Below the pieces are notes generated by a model. That model was not told the origin of the DNA, did no database searches, and saw only the letters and a list, made by a program, of their open reading frames with translations. From Candidatus Epulonipiscium sp. (GTDB lineage Bacteria; Bacillota; Clostridia; Lachnospirales; JAAYNZ01), in the NCBI GenBank assembly GCA_012520595.1, contig JAAYNZ010000007.1, positions 29,540-93,539 on the forward strand: DNA of 64,000 nucleotides. The letters run 5' to 3'. How positions within the stretch are numbered: position 1 is the stretch's first letter; every line of letters starts with the position of its first letter. Both the position numbers and the translations under genes were made by a program. Shown one piece after another: positions 40,474 through 51,376 of the stretch.

Positions 40474-40553
40474 TATATCACCTCATCTATTCTTTCCTTA
40501 GTTTCTACACATAGTTTTTTTAAAAAGCTAGTGAATTATTCATGGCTTACAAT

Positions 40554-40585
40554 AGATAAGAGTGGGCTTCCACCCACTCTTATCT
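40554..40585 (-). promoter_or_regulatory. leader hairpin of the rimP-nusA-infB operon (terminator-like stem without a U-tract)
   Basis: A 12-13 bp GC-containing stem pairs GATAAGAGTGGG (40555-40566) with CCCACTCTTATC (40573-40584) around a 6-nt loop. It starts about 20 nt after the predicted transcription start. The RNA downstream of it reads UAUUGUAAGCC. Confidence 0.5.
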
Positions 40586-40612
40586 TGCCGTATATATAGC
40601 TATCTTAATCTA

Positions 40613-40641
40613 TTATAACACTACTAATGACACGATGCAAG
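40613..40641 (-). promoter_or_regulatory. sigma-A promoter for rimP-nusA-infB (extended -10)
   Basis: On the minus strand: TTGCAT, a 17-nt spacer, then TATAAT, with TGT directly upstream of the -10. It begins 6 nt after the polC stop. Confidence 0.6.
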
Positions 40642-40647
40642 CCTAAC

Positions 40648-43600
40648 TTAAAAAAGACTTAATTGACTGGTTTCAGGAATTCCCTTGAAGATTCCATTTT
40701 CTTTCATCAATTCAATAACTGTTTTACTCACCTTCGTTCGCTGTCTAAACTCTTCAACAGATAAAAACTCTCCTTCTGCTCTTGCTTGTAAAATATTCAT
40801 GGCTGCTGTATTTCCTAGGCCTTGAAGAGCATTGAGAGGAGGTAATATTCCTTCCTCTTTTACTTGAAATTGAACAGCATGAGATTGGTAAAGATCAATG
40901 GGTAAGAAAGAAATCCCTCTAGCATACATCTCCAATACAATTTCTAAAATGGTTAATACATTTTTTTCTTTTGTAGTAAGTTGATTCCCTTTTTCTTCTA
41001 AATCCTGAATTGTAGTTTGTACCTTCTCCATTCCCTTACACATCAATTCATAATCAAAATCATCGGCTCGAACTGTAAAAAAAGTGGCATAGAAACATTC
41101 AGGATAATATACTTTAAAATAAGCAATTCGAAAAGCCATCATTACATAAGCAGCTGCATGAGCTTTAGGAAACATATATTTTATTTTTTTACAAGAATCA
41201 ATATACCAATCAGGAACTCTTGCTTCCCTCATAGCCTCTTCATCTTCCGGTTCTAAACCTTTTCCTTTTCGTACTTTTTCCATGATTTTAAAGGCTTGTT
41301 TTTTCTCTACTCCTTGCAAAATAAGATAAACCATAATATCATCCCGAGTAGAAATAACTTCGGATAAAGTAGCTGTTCCATTTCGAACTAAATCTTGAGC
41401 ATTATTTAGCCAAACGTCTGTCCCATGGGACAATCCAGAAATTCGAATGAGTTCTGAAAAAGTTTTAGGCTTTGTATCCACTAACATTTGTCGTACAAAT
41501 TTTGTTCCAAACTCAGGTAACCCAAGACTTCCAACAGAACTTTTTATCACTTCTGGTTCAATTCCTAGTGCTTCTGTAGAAGTAAATAATGACATGGTTT
41601 TTTTGTCATCTAAGGGAATTTCTCTTGCATTTATTCCTGTCATATCTTCTAACATACGAATTACTGTTGGATCATCATGACCTAAAATATCTAATTTTAA
41701 TAAACGCCCACTAATGGAATGATAGTCAAAATGGGTCGTTGTAATTGTTGAATTCACATCATTCGCCGGACGTTGAATAGGACAAAATTCATAGATTTCA
41801 TAGCCGTTCGGTACAATCATCTGCCCTCCTGGATGCTGTCCTGTAGTTCTTTTAACTCCAGTACATCCTTGAATTAATCGATTTACTTGCGCATTGCGAG
41901 CTACAATCCCTTTTTCATCCAAATATTTTCTTACAAAACCATAGGCTGTTTTTTCTGCTAATGTTCCAATGGTTCCTGCTCGGAAAACATGTCCTTTTCC
42001 AAATAATTCTTCTGTATATGCATGCGCCCTTGGTTGATATTCTCCTGAAAAATTCAAGTCAATATCGGGTTCTTTATCTCCATCAAAGCCTAAAAAAGTT
42101 TCAAAAGGAATATCATGTCCATCTTTACACAACAATGTATTACACTTTGGACAATATTTATCAGGCATATCGCATCCTGATCCTCCTACGAAGGATTTGA
42201 CAGTCTCCGAATCAAAATCGGAATATTGGCATGTGGGACAATAATAATGAGGGGACAAAGGATTTACTTCTGTAATTCCCGCCATAGTGGCTACAAAAGA
42301 GGAGCCAACAGATCCTCGAGAACCTACTAAATAACCATCCTCTAAAGATTTCCATACTAATTTTTGAGCAATGATATAAAGGACAGCAAAACCATTTTTT
42401 ATTATAGATCCTAATTCTCGATCTAAACGTTTTTGTACTGGTTCGGGCAAAGGCTCTCCATACATGGATTTTGCTTTTTCTGTAGTAATTCTAATTAATT
42501 CTTCTTCTGCTCCTTCAATACTAGGCGGAAAAGTACCGTCTGGAATTGGTTTAATCCTTTCAATTTGATCTGCAATCTGATTCGGGTAAGTAATGACAAC
42601 CTCTTTCGCCTTATCTGTTCCTAAATAAGAAAATTCTTTTAACATTTCTTCTGTAGTTCGTAAATATAAAGGTGGTTGTTTTTCTGCATCAGAAAATCCT
42701 TGTCCCATCATTAAAATTTTTCGATATATTTCATCTTCAGGATCTAAGAAGTGTACATCACCTGTTGCTACGACTGGTTTTTGATATTTTTCTCCTATGG
42801 CAAGAATTTTTCGATTTATATCTTTCAGGTCTTCTTGGGAGTTTACTGTATTATTATGAATCAAAAACTGATTATTCCCTATAGGTTGAATTTCTACATA
42901 ATCGTAAAATTGCATTAGTTCTTGGATCACTTCTTCTGGCTTATTTTCTAACACAGCTCGATATAATTCTCCTGCTTCACAAGCTGTACCAATGATTAAT
43001 CCTTCTTTATGAGCCAGATAAGCACTTTTAGGAATCCGTGGTTGACGATAAAAATAATCAATATGAGACATAGATATTAAACGATATAGGTTTTTTAGAC
43101 CTTTTTGGTTTTTAACTAAAATAATAGCATGGTGACTTCTTAATTTTTTAATGTCCAATGATTGTTCTACTAATTGATTTACTTGATCCAAAGTATCAAG
43201 TTTTTTATCTTTCAAAATTTGAATACATTTCAAAAAAATTTCAGCAGTAGCTTGAGCATCATCAACAGCCCTATGATGATTTTCTAAAGAAATACCTAAA
43301 TGTTCTGCCACTATATTCAGTTTATGTCTTTTTAACTGTGGGAAAAGTCCTCTTGTTAAAGCAAGGGTATCTAGCACAGTAGATGAAATCTGCAAAGACT
43401 GTTGTTTTGCAAAATAGCGAATAAAATTTACATCAAAACTTGCATTATGAGCCACTAAAACTCCATCCCCTACGAATTCTAGGAATTGGGGTAAAACCAC
43501 TGAAATAGGGGGAGCATCTTTTACGGTATCATCTGTAATTCCTGTCAATTCCTGTATATTCAGTGGAATAGGTATTCCAGGATTCACAAAGGTACTAAAA

Positions 43601-44955
43601 GAGTCTATGATTTCTCCATTTTGGATCTTCATAGCTCCTATTTCGGTAATTCTATCTTTCCCAGGATAAAAGCCTGTAGTTTCAATATCAAAAACAATAT
43701 AGGTATCTTCTAATTTTTGATTTTTAGAATTTTGAACAACTGTTTTTAAGTCATCAACTAAATAGGCTTCTACTCCATAAATGACTTTTATACCAAGTTT
43801 TTTTGCTGCTAGAGCTGCTTCTGGAAATGCTTGCACAACCCCATGGTCTGTAATAGCAATAGCCGAATGCCCCCACTTTGCAGCTCTTTCTATTAAAGCT
43901 GTAACAGAAACGACTCCATCCATAGTACTCATCTGAGTATGGGCATGAAGTTCTACTCGTTTTTCTTTTGAACCATCTTCTCTTGTTACTATAGTACCTT
44001 CTATAAGCTCAATATTTTTTGCCATAACAACCGATTCTTGAGAAAAACGATCATATTGTACTTCCCCTTTGACACGAAGAAAAATATTTTTCTTTATTTT
44101 AGGTGCTATTTCCAATTCGTATTTTTCTTTCTTTAAAAAACATTTTACTGTTACTGCATCTTGCTCGTCTGTCATATCAAAAGCAAGAATATATCGTCCC
44201 CCTTTAATCTCTCTTGCTTCGACCCCAATAACTCGGCCTTCGATAATAATGGTTCCTGATTCTGGTTGAAGTTCCCGCATAGAAATGGTTGGACCTGAAA
44301 AGGCCTTACCTAATAAAAAGGAGGATTCTGTACTATTCGAACTTGTGGAAATTATAGAAGAAGGTACTTCCTGTACTACTTCTTGAATTAAAAGGTTTTC
44401 TTGTTTTTCCATTTGTTCTTCATATTGTTTCTTTTCTTCTGTTGACATTTCTTCATCTTGAAAAACTACCTTCATATTCAATCCTAACTGTTCCCGGATT
44501 AAAGATTCAATTTGATTGTCAATCTTTTTTCTGTGCAAATAAAAAGATGAATTGTTCTTTGTAGCAATGGTTAAAAAATGATCTTGAACTTGCCAAGAAC
44601 TATCCTGTAAAATGCCCATACACAAAGGGCTATCATACTTTATCATGGATATGATTTGTTCCCAATATTGATTCATCCAAGTAGGGGATAAAGACTCTTT
44701 TTTAAATTCATATTGTATTTTTACACTTATCTTTATCTTAGGTCCTATATAATCCTCAAGCTGTTTTTGCAACACTTCAATCATGGATATATCAATCAAA
44801 TTTTGTGCCACCAAATAAACATATATTTTTTTCTTATTGGGTGAAACAATGATTTTACGTACTTGAACCCTAGCAAAAATGGATTGTATGGAATCTTCTA
44901 GGGGAACAAAATCAAACACTTCACAAAACTGACATAAAGTATTAGACCCAGACAT
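40648..44955 (-). CDS. polC: DNA polymerase III alpha subunit, PolC type
   Basis: 1435 aa. It has an OB fold, a PHP domain split by a DEDDh exonuclease (FDIETTG ... HNASFD ... HRAVDD), and a polymerase core. Confidence 0.96.
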   Translation of the reverse strand: MSGSNTLCQFCEVFDFVPLEDSIQSIFARVQVRKIIVSPNKKKIYVYLVAQNLIDISMIEVLQKQLEDYIGPKIKISVKIQYEFKKESLSPTWMNQYWEQIISMIKYDSPLCMGILQDSSWQVQDHFLTIATKNNSSFYLHRKKIDNQIESLIREQLGLNMKVVFQDEEMSTEEKKQYEEQMEKQENLLIQEVVQEVPSSIISTSSNSTESSFLLGKAFSGPTISMRELQPESGTIIIEGRVIGVEAREIKGGRYILAFDMTDEQDAVTVKCFLKKEKYELEIAPKIKKNIFLRVKGEVQYDRFSQESVVMAKNIELIEGTIVTREDGSKEKRVELHAHTQMSTMDGVVSVTALIERAAKWGHSAIAITDHGVVQAFPEAALAAKKLGIKVIYGVEAYLVDDLKTVVQNSKNQKLEDTYIVFDIETTGFYPGKDRITEIGAMKIQNGEIIDSFSTFVNPGIPIPLNIQELTGITDDTVKDAPPISVVLPQFLEFVGDGVLVAHNASFDVNFIRYFAKQQSLQISSTVLDTLALTRGLFPQLKRHKLNIVAEHLGISLENHHRAVDDAQATAEIFLKCIQILKDKKLDTLDQVNQLVEQSLDIKKLRSHHAIILVKNQKGLKNLYRLISMSHIDYFYRQPRIPKSAYLAHKEGLIIGTACEAGELYRAVLENKPEEVIQELMQFYDYVEIQPIGNNQFLIHNNTVNSQEDLKDINRKILAIGEKYQKPVVATGDVHFLDPEDEIYRKILMMGQGFSDAEKQPPLYLRTTEEMLKEFSYLGTDKAKEVVITYPNQIADQIERIKPIPDGTFPPSIEGAEEELIRITTEKAKSMYGEPLPEPVQKRLDRELGSIIKNGFAVLYIIAQKLVWKSLEDGYLVGSRGSVGSSFVATMAGITEVNPLSPHYYCPTCQYSDFDSETVKSFVGGSGCDMPDKYCPKCNTLLCKDGHDIPFETFLGFDGDKEPDIDLNFSGEYQPRAHAYTEELFGKGHVFRAGTIGTLAEKTAYGFVRKYLDEKGIVARNAQVNRLIQGCTGVKRTTGQHPGGQMIVPNGYEIYEFCPIQRPANDVNSTITTTHFDYHSISGRLLKLDILGHDDPTVIRMLEDMTGINAREIPLDDKKTMSLFTSTEALGIEPEVIKSSVGSLGLPEFGTKFVRQMLVDTKPKTFSELIRISGLSHGTDVWLNNAQDLVRNGTATLSEVISTRDDIMVYLILQGVEKKQAFKIMEKVRKGKGLEPEDEEAMREARVPDWYIDSCKKIKYMFPKAHAAAYVMMAFRIAYFKVYYPECFYATFFTVRADDFDYELMCKGMEKVQTTIQDLEEKGNQLTTKEKNVLTILEIVLEMYARGISFLPIDLYQSHAVQFQVKEEGILPPLNALQGLGNTAAMNILQARAEGEFLSVEEFRQRTKVSKTVIELMKENGIFKGIPETSQLSLF

Positions 44956-44967
44956 TAGATAAGCCCC

Positions 44968-46041
44968 CTATTCCATCTGCATTTTTTCAATTTCCTCCAT
45001 TAATGCTTGCAGCAACTGATCTTCGGCTACTTTTTTAATAAGTTGCCCCTTCTTAAAAATGACACCTACTCCTTTGCCCCCTGCAATGCCAATATCGGCC
45101 TCTTTTGCCTCTCCAGGTCCATTTACAACACATCCCATTACTGCAATTTTAATAGGTTTCTGAATGGATTGGCATTGCCTTTCTACTTCTTCTGCTAAAC
45201 GAATTAAATCAATTTCTGTTCTCCCACAAGTGGGGCAAGAAATAATTTCAGGACCAAAAACTCGTAACCCCATGACTTGTAATATTTGTTTTGCACACCG
45301 AATTTCTTCTAGAGGATCTCCTGTTAAGGAAACTCGTAGAGTATCTCCTAAACCTTGAGCTAAAAGTGCACCAATACCTGCTGCTGATTTAATAGTTCCT
45401 GCCCAAAGAGTACCTGCTTCTGTTATGCCAATATGTAATGGATAGCTTACTTTTTCAGCTAATTGTTGATAAGAAGCAAGGGCTAAAGGAATATTTGAAG
45501 CTTTTAAGGATACAACAATATCAGTAAAATAGTACTTTTCTAATATTCGAATATGCCTTAGGGCACTCTCAACTAGCCCTTCAGCTGTTACACCACCATA
45601 TCGTTCTATAATGTTGCGTTCTAATGATCCTGCATTCACTCCAATTCGAATAGGAATATTCTTTTCCTTTGCTGCCTTTACAACAGCTTTTATCCGTTCT
45701 TCTGATCCAATGTTACCAGGATTAATTCGTAACTTATCTACCCCCTGATTAATGCCCTCTAGTGCTAATCGATAATCAAAATGAACATCTGCTACTAATG
45801 GAATATGGATCTGTTCCTTAATCTTTCCTAAACAATAGGCTGCTTGTAAATCTGGAACCGCTACCCGTATAATTTCACATCCCTCTTTTTCCAAGGCTAG
45901 GATCTGACTCACAGTTGCCTCTACATCCCTTGTATCCGTATTGGTCATAGATTGAATAGCGATAGGATGCTTGCCTCCAAGTAAGACATTCCCCACAGAC
46001 ACTACTTTTGTTGGATTTCTATAAAAGGCTTGGGTCATCAT
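44968..46041 (-). CDS. ispG: 4-hydroxy-3-methylbut-2-en-1-yl diphosphate synthase
   Basis: 357 aa. It has a TIM-barrel N-domain and 4Fe-4S ligands (SCPTCGR ... GCVVNGPGE). Confidence 0.92.
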   Translation of the reverse strand: MMTQAFYRNPTKVVSVGNVLLGGKHPIAIQSMTNTDTRDVEATVSQILALEKEGCEIIRVAVPDLQAAYCLGKIKEQIHIPLVADVHFDYRLALEGINQGVDKLRINPGNIGSEERIKAVVKAAKEKNIPIRIGVNAGSLERNIIERYGGVTAEGLVESALRHIRILEKYYFTDIVVSLKASNIPLALASYQQLAEKVSYPLHIGITEAGTLWAGTIKSAAGIGALLAQGLGDTLRVSLTGDPLEEIRCAKQILQVMGLRVFGPEIISCPTCGRTEIDLIRLAEEVERQCQSIQKPIKIAVMGCVVNGPGEAKEADIGIAGGKGVGVIFKKGQLIKKVAEDQLLQALMEEIEKMQME

Positions 46042-46077
46042 ATATGCCTCCTGTTTATTACATTTATTCTTTTGTAT

Positions 46078-47112
46078 CTATTTTATTAAATTTACAATAT
46101 CTCCATATGTGACATAAAGCATAAATACCATAAGTACAACTAAACCAACAAAATGAATCATATTCTCTTTATCAGAGTCTACAGGCTTTCCTCTGATCCC
46201 TTCCACAGCTAGAAAAATTAACCGACTACCATCCAAAGCTGGAATAGGAAATAAATTTAAAGCTCCTAGATTGGCACTTAAAGCAGCCGCTAACCATAAC
46301 ACATTAGCTATGGCAGCTAAAAAACTTTGTTTTAGGCCTACTTCATAAGTCTCACCTATTACTTGTACAATCCCCACAGGTCCTGCTACCATACTACGAT
46401 CCACTTGGTTGGTAATTAATTGTACAAAGCCGGAAACTGTAACATGGATTAAAAAAAGCATTCGGTGAAAACTATAATGAATGGTTTGAAATAAATTACC
46501 TTTAATCGGTTTTGCTGCAAATCCAACTCTCCATATTTTTAATTTTTCATCCCACTGTGGCTGTACGTTTACTTTTTCTTTTTCTCCATTCCGTAAAACT
46601 GTTAATTCTACAGCCCCTTCTTTTTCTTTATACTGTGACAAGTAAAAAGATATTTTTTCAAAGATCTGAGTCTTTTTCCCATTTACCGCAAGAATTTTAT
46701 CTCCTTCTTGTAACTGAGCCGTTTCTGCCGGATACCCAGGCTCAATAAAATCAATGATGGTACTACTAAAGCCTACTACAGAAGATATAACTAGAATAAT
46801 AATAAAAGCCAATAAAAAATTCATTAAAGGTCCTGCTACAATAACAGCCATTCGTGCTCCTACAGATTTGCTACTAAATGACCGAAGATCATTAGAATAT
46901 TCTTCTTCTCCCAACATTTTACAAAAACCGCCGATTGGTAGAATTCGAACAGAATACAATGTTTCTCCTACTTGTTTTCCTACTAACTTGGGTCCCATAC
47001 CAATGGCAAATTCTTCAACCGTAATGTGATTTTTTTTTGCTATGATATAATGTCCAAATTCATGAACTAAAACAATCAATCCAAAAACTAAAATGGCAAC
47101 AACAATAGTCAT
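46078..47112 (-). CDS. rseP: RIP metalloprotease RseP/RasP (M50 with PDZ domain)
   Basis: It has HEFGH and a PDZ domain (GDKILAVNG), plus [11 protein letters not shown] moved the start to the ATG at 47112, which overlaps the dxr stop as ATGA and has the RBS AGGTGG. Confidence 0.9.
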   Translation of the reverse strand: MTIVVAILVFGLIVLVHEFGHYIIAKKNHITVEEFAIGMGPKLVGKQVGETLYSVRILPIGGFCKMLGEEEYSNDLRSFSSKSVGARMAVIVAGPLMNFLLAFIIILVISSVVGFSSTIIDFIEPGYPAETAQLQEGDKILAVNGKKTQIFEKISFYLSQYKEKEGAVELTVLRNGEKEKVNVQPQWDEKLKIWRVGFAAKPIKGNLFQTIHYSFHRMLFLIHVTVSGFVQLITNQVDRSMVAGPVGIVQVIGETYEVGLKQSFLAAIANVLWLAAALSANLGALNLFPIPALDGSRLIFLAVEGIRGKPVDSDKENMIHFVGLVVLMVFMLYVTYGDIVNLIK

Positions 47113-48257
47113 GCCTTCCACCTACTTTCTAAATATTCATAAGTCCATTGTTCTGTATATAGAATATCTTCCAAAGAAGGATTCTTAACTGTATTGTGCT
47201 TGGCCATGGCTTCATGAATATAAGCTGGAATCTCCATAAAAGAAAGCTTTCCATCTAAAAACTTAGCCACTGCTATTTCATTTGCCGCATTTAAAACTGT
47301 TGGCATGGTCCCTCCTATCTCCAATGCTTTATACGCTAACGATAAACATGAAAAAGTATCTCCATCTGGTTCTTCAAAAGTAAGAGTATCTCGTTGAAAA
47401 AAATTAAGTTTGGAATAGGAATTTGAACGCCGCTGGGGATAGGTTAGAGCATATTGAATAGGAACTCTCATGTCTGGCTCTCCTAACTGGGCAATAATTG
47501 AACCATCTTTAAATTCTACCATGGAATGAATCACACTTTGAGGGTGAATTAAGACTTGAATCTGCTGTAAAGTCACGCCAAAAAGCCATTTTGCTTCAAT
47601 AACTTCAAGTCCTTTATTCATCATGGTTGCAGAATCAATGGTAATTTTAGCTCCCATACTCCAATTTGGATGCTGTAATGCCTGTTCCTTTGTCACATAT
47701 TGCAATTCTTCTTTTGTTTTTCCTCGAAAAGGACCTCCCGAAGCCGTTAAAAGCAATTTAGAAATATTGTTTGAATCATTTCCTTGCAAACACTGAAAAA
47801 TAGCTGAATGTTCACTATCTACAGGATAAATCTGAACATTATTTTGTTTGGCTGCCTTTATTACTAATTCTCCTGCCGTAACTAAAGTCTCTTTATTGGC
47901 CAAGGCAATATCTTTCTTTGCCTCAATGGCTGCTAAAGTAGGACGAATCCCAATCATCCCTACGACGGCCGTTACAACTAGATCTGCTTCATCCATTTGG
48001 GCAAGCTCAATGAGTCCTTCTAACCCACTTAGAACTTCTACCTCCATACCTTGAATCCGTTTTCGTAGTTCTAAGGCTTTTTTCTCATCCATCACAGCTA
48101 CTTTTTTGGGAGAAAATTGAACAATTTGTTTTTCTAAAAGATCAATGTTTTGTTGAACACTAAGTCCTACTACTTGTATATCTGATAAATTTTGTACTAC
48201 TTGTAATGTTTGAGTTCCTATGGACCCAGTCGAACCTAAAATACATATTTTCTTCAT
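47109..48257 (-). CDS. dxr: 1-deoxy-D-xylulose 5-phosphate reductoisomerase
   Basis: 382 aa with the motifs ILGSTGSIG and [12 protein letters not shown]. Confidence 0.94.
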   Translation of the reverse strand: MKKICILGSTGSIGTQTLQVVQNLSDIQVVGLSVQQNIDLLEKQIVQFSPKKVAVMDEKKALELRKRIQGMEVEVLSGLEGLIELAQMDEADLVVTAVVGMIGIRPTLAAIEAKKDIALANKETLVTAGELVIKAAKQNNVQIYPVDSEHSAIFQCLQGNDSNNISKLLLTASGGPFRGKTKEELQYVTKEQALQHPNWSMGAKITIDSATMMNKGLEVIEAKWLFGVTLQQIQVLIHPQSVIHSMVEFKDGSIIAQLGEPDMRVPIQYALTYPQRRSNSYSKLNFFQRDTLTFEEPDGDTFSCLSLAYKALEIGGTMPTVLNAANEIAVAKFLDGKLSFMEIPAYIHEAMAKHNTVKNPSLEDILYTEQWTYEYLESRWKA

Positions 48258-48308
48258 GTCCTCACCTCTTTAGCATGACTCATCCTTATCCATCTTATAC
48301 CTAGCATA

Positions 48309-49109
48309 TCAAAACAATATACATTGAAGTACATAATATACAAAAGGTGCTGTAAAAAGAATACTATCAAATCGATCCAGGACTCCTCCATGTCCAGGAA
48401 TAAGTTTCCCAAAATCTTTTATTTTTGTAAATCGCTTAATGGCTGAAGCAGACAAATCCCCTAATTGAGATAAAGCAGCTCCTGCTATTCCAATTAAGAA
48501 GCACACAAAGGAGAAATTCTCGATTCCAACACTCACATAACGTTGAAGGAAATATCCATATAGAAGAGCTAAAATACTACCTCCAAGTATTCCACCCAAA
48601 GCCCCTTCTATGGTTTTTTTAGGACTTAACTGAGGACATAACTTATGTTTACCTAACCATACTCCAATAAAATAGGCTCCTGTGTCGCTTCCCCAAGCAC
48701 TAATAAAAATTAGCCATATTAAAAAAATACCATTTGATATATTTCTAAGAAGAAAAATGTGCGAAAATAAGAAAGTTACATAAAAAAATCCAAAAAAAGT
48801 AACCCCTATATCCATAATATTACGCTTGGGATAGGAAAATACTAAACTAATTAATAAAGCAAGTATAAATACTGCAATAAATAATGGAAAGTACTGCTGT
48901 TTTGGCAAAACAATAAGAATATAGAGCAAAGTTGCTCCATATCCTAGCATGGATAAGGGTTGAGAAATAGAAGCAAAAGCATTATAAAATTCTTTCATTC
49001 CCACTAAAGAAAGAAATAAAACACTTATTACTAAAGGCCATCCCCCATAAGAAATTAGAAAAATCAATAAAGGAACTCCTACTATAGCACTAAGAATGCG
49101 AGTTTTCAC
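48309..49109 (-). CDS. cdsA: phosphatidate cytidylyltransferase
   Basis: 266 aa and polytopic, with the C-terminal signature KRFTKIKDFGKLIPGHGGVLDRFDS. Confidence 0.9.
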   Translation of the reverse strand: MKTRILSAIVGVPLLIFLISYGGWPLVISVLFLSLVGMKEFYNAFASISQPLSMLGYGATLLYILIVLPKQQYFPLFIAVFILALLISLVFSYPKRNIMDIGVTFFGFFYVTFLFSHIFLLRNISNGIFLIWLIFISAWGSDTGAYFIGVWLGKHKLCPQLSPKKTIEGALGGILGGSILALLYGYFLQRYVSVGIENFSFVCFLIGIAGAALSQLGDLSASAIKRFTKIKDFGKLIPGHGGVLDRFDSILFTAPFVYYVLQCILF

Positions 49110-49131
49110 ATAATCTCCTCCATCTATCTAT

Positions 49132-49863
49132 CTAAAGTGCTCCAAACCTTCTTTTTCTTTGTTGAAAGTGATAAATCGCCTGATATAAATCGTTCATTGA
49201 AAAATCAGGCCAATATTTTTCACAAAAATATAACTCTGTATACGCAAGTTGCCACAATAAAAAATTGCTCAAACGAATTTCGCCACTAGTGCGAATTAAT
49301 AAATCAGGATCTGGAATTAAAGTTGTATCCAAATACTTTTCAAATAACGATTCATTGATTTCTTCTACCATAACTTTCTTATGCAACAGGTCTTTTCCTA
49401 TTTTTTGCATACTTCTAATAATTTCATCTCTACCACCATAATTGAGTGCAATCTGAAGTCCTAAACCGGTTTTATTTTCCGTTATTTCCTCTAAAACAGT
49501 AATTTGCTTTTGAATATCTTTGGCAAGCATACTACGATCCCCTATAATTCGTATCTTTATATTATCCCTTTTTGCTTGTCGAATATGCCTTTTTAAATAT
49601 TGGCGTAATAATCCCATTAAAAAATCAACTTCTGCTTTAGGACGTTTCCAATTTTCTGTAGAAAAAGCATATACTGTTACATATTGAATACCTAACGTAT
49701 CCATTTCTTTTGTCAAGTTTTCTAAGGTTTTGCTTCCTGCTTCATGTCCTTCTGTTCTTGTTTTATTATGTTTTTGTGCCCACCGTCCATTTCCATCCAT
49801 AATAATGGCAATATGGGTAGGGAGATTTTCAAAATCAATTTGATTTTTTTCTACTTTCATCAC
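49132..49863 (-). CDS. uppS: isoprenyl transferase (undecaprenyl diphosphate synthase)
   Basis: 243 aa with the motifs HIAIIMDGNGRWA and RTSGE.RLSNFLLWQ. Confidence 0.93.
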   Translation of the reverse strand: MMKVEKNQIDFENLPTHIAIIMDGNGRWAQKHNKTRTEGHEAGSKTLENLTKEMDTLGIQYVTVYAFSTENWKRPKAEVDFLMGLLRQYLKRHIRQAKRDNIKIRIIGDRSMLAKDIQKQITVLEEITENKTGLGLQIALNYGGRDEIIRSMQKIGKDLLHKKVMVEEINESLFEKYLDTTLIPDPDLLIRTSGEIRLSNFLLWQLAYTELYFCEKYWPDFSMNDLYQAIYHFQQRKRRFGAL

Positions 49864-49921
49864 AACCTCCTACAGATAGGAAAATATGTAGTTTCATTAT
49901 ATCAAAAGAAAAGTAAAATGC

Positions 49922-49948
49922 CAATAAAATACCCCTCATAGAAGGGGA
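49922..49948 (-). terminator. rho-independent terminator after frr
   Basis: CCCCT (49932-49936) pairs with AGGGG (49943-49947) around a 6-nt loop. On the minus strand it is followed by TATTTTATTGG. Confidence 0.55.
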
Positions 49949-49959
49949 ATTTTAAAAGT

Positions 49960-50520
49960 TTATACCGATAAAATTTCTTTGCTTTTGCTTTCTACTTTTT
50001 GATCAATTTCTTCAATATAACGATCTGTCAACTTTTGAATCTCTGTTTCTGATGTTTTAAGATCATCTTCCGTAATTTCTTTGTTTTTCTCCATTTTTTT
50101 GAAATCATCTAGTGCTTCCCGTCGAATATTTCGAATGGCTATTTTTGCATTTTCGCCTTTTTTCTTAACTTCTTTTGTAAGCTCTTTTCTACGTTCTTCT
50201 GTTAATTCTGGAAATACAAGACGAATCATTTTTCCATCATTGTTAGGTGTAATACCAATATCAGAAGCTAATATGGCTTTCTCAATTTCACCTAATAAAC
50301 TGGTATCCCAAGGCTGAATTTGTAATAATCTTGCTTCAGGAACAGATATATTTCCCACTTGTTGTAAGGGAGTGGGGACTCCATAATAATTAACCATAAT
50401 ACGATTCAAAATATTAGGATTAGCTCTTCCTGCTCGGATCACACCAAATTCTTCCTCTAATGCGGTAATTGACTTTTTCATTTTTTCTTCATATGGTTTG
50501 TATTGTTTTTCACTTATCAT
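49960..50520 (-). CDS. frr: ribosome recycling factor
   Basis: 186 aa containing [19 protein letters not shown]. Confidence 0.94.
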   Translation of the reverse strand: MISEKQYKPYEEKMKKSITALEEEFGVIRAGRANPNILNRIMVNYYGVPTPLQQVGNISVPEARLLQIQPWDTSLLGEIEKAILASDIGITPNNDGKMIRLVFPELTEERRKELTKEVKKKGENAKIAIRNIRREALDDFKKMEKNKEITEDDLKTSETEIQKLTDRYIEEIDQKVESKSKEILSV

Positions 50521-50534
50521 CCTATTTCCTCCTT

Positions 50535-51242
50535 TTATTTCACTGTAATTAAAGTACCTATATTTTCACCAGAAATTGCCTTTTGAAGGCTTCCTGGAAT
50601 ATTTAAACCAAAAACTAAAATAGGAATCTTTTGTTCAATACACAAACTAGCAGCAGTAGCGTCAATAACTTTAAGATTTTGCTGCAAGATCTGTTGGCAA
50701 GAAATTTGTTCGTATTTTTTTGCATTAGGATTATTTTTAGGATCATCATCATAAACACCATCAATGTTTTTAGCAAATAATAACACATCAACCTCTATTT
50801 CACATCCACGTAGTGCAGCTCCTGTATCTGTAGAAAAAAATGGATGACCTGTTCCTCCTGCAAAAAATACTACATAGCCTTTTTTCATATATTCTAACGC
50901 TTTCTCTTTCGAAAAAACTTCTGTCATATTCCCAATAGGAAAAGGAGTTTGAACAATAGTAGGAATACCCTGACTTCTGAAAATTTCTGCCACATATAAA
51001 GCATTCATAACTGTGGCTAACATACCGATCTGATCTGCTTTCGTTCGATCCATAGTATCACTGCTACGGCCCCTCCAAAAGTTGCCTCCCCCAATTACAA
51101 TAGACATCTGAATTCCCTGTTGTAAAGGAATTTTTATTTGTTCTCCTACACGTCGAACATTTTTTTCATCAAATCCAAAACCTTGATCGCCTGCTAAGGC
51201 TTCCCCACTTAACTTTATCAATACTCTTTTATATTTTGTCAT
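50535..51242 (-). CDS. pyrH: UMP kinase
   Basis: 235 aa containing [12 protein letters not shown] and GGGNFWRG. Confidence 0.94.
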   Translation of the reverse strand: MTKYKRVLIKLSGEALAGDQGFGFDEKNVRRVGEQIKIPLQQGIQMSIVIGGGNFWRGRSSDTMDRTKADQIGMLATVMNALYVAEIFRSQGIPTIVQTPFPIGNMTEVFSKEKALEYMKKGYVVFFAGGTGHPFFSTDTGAALRGCEIEVDVLLFAKNIDGVYDDDPKNNPNAKKYEQISCQQILQQNLKVIDATAASLCIEQKIPILVFGLNIPGSLQKAISGENIGTLITVK

Positions 51243-51322
51243 ACAAAGGTGCTCCTTCCCTATTTAATGTACCATACTTTGATTCTTTTTTCCATACTTA
51301 TTAGAAAGATTTTCCTTCCTTC

Positions 51323-51357
51323 GTAGAAAGAGGGAAACACCATGTGCTTCCCTCTAC
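51323..51357 (-). promoter_or_regulatory. hairpin between tsf and pyrH (weak terminator/attenuator candidate)
   Basis: AGGGAA pairs with TTCCCT and GTAG pairs with CTAC, with a 4-nt bulge. The clean T-run is on the plus strand, where there is no gene. The minus-strand 3' flank is only CUUUCUAC. Confidence 0.3.
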
Positions 51358-51376
51358 TTTTTTCATACAACCCATC

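Noticed and set aside
51323-51364. This is a hairpin followed by TTTTTT on the plus strand between pyrH and tsf. It looks like a plus-strand intrinsic terminator.
   Set aside because: There is no plus-strand gene or promoter upstream of it. I keep it only as a weak minus-strand hairpin feature.
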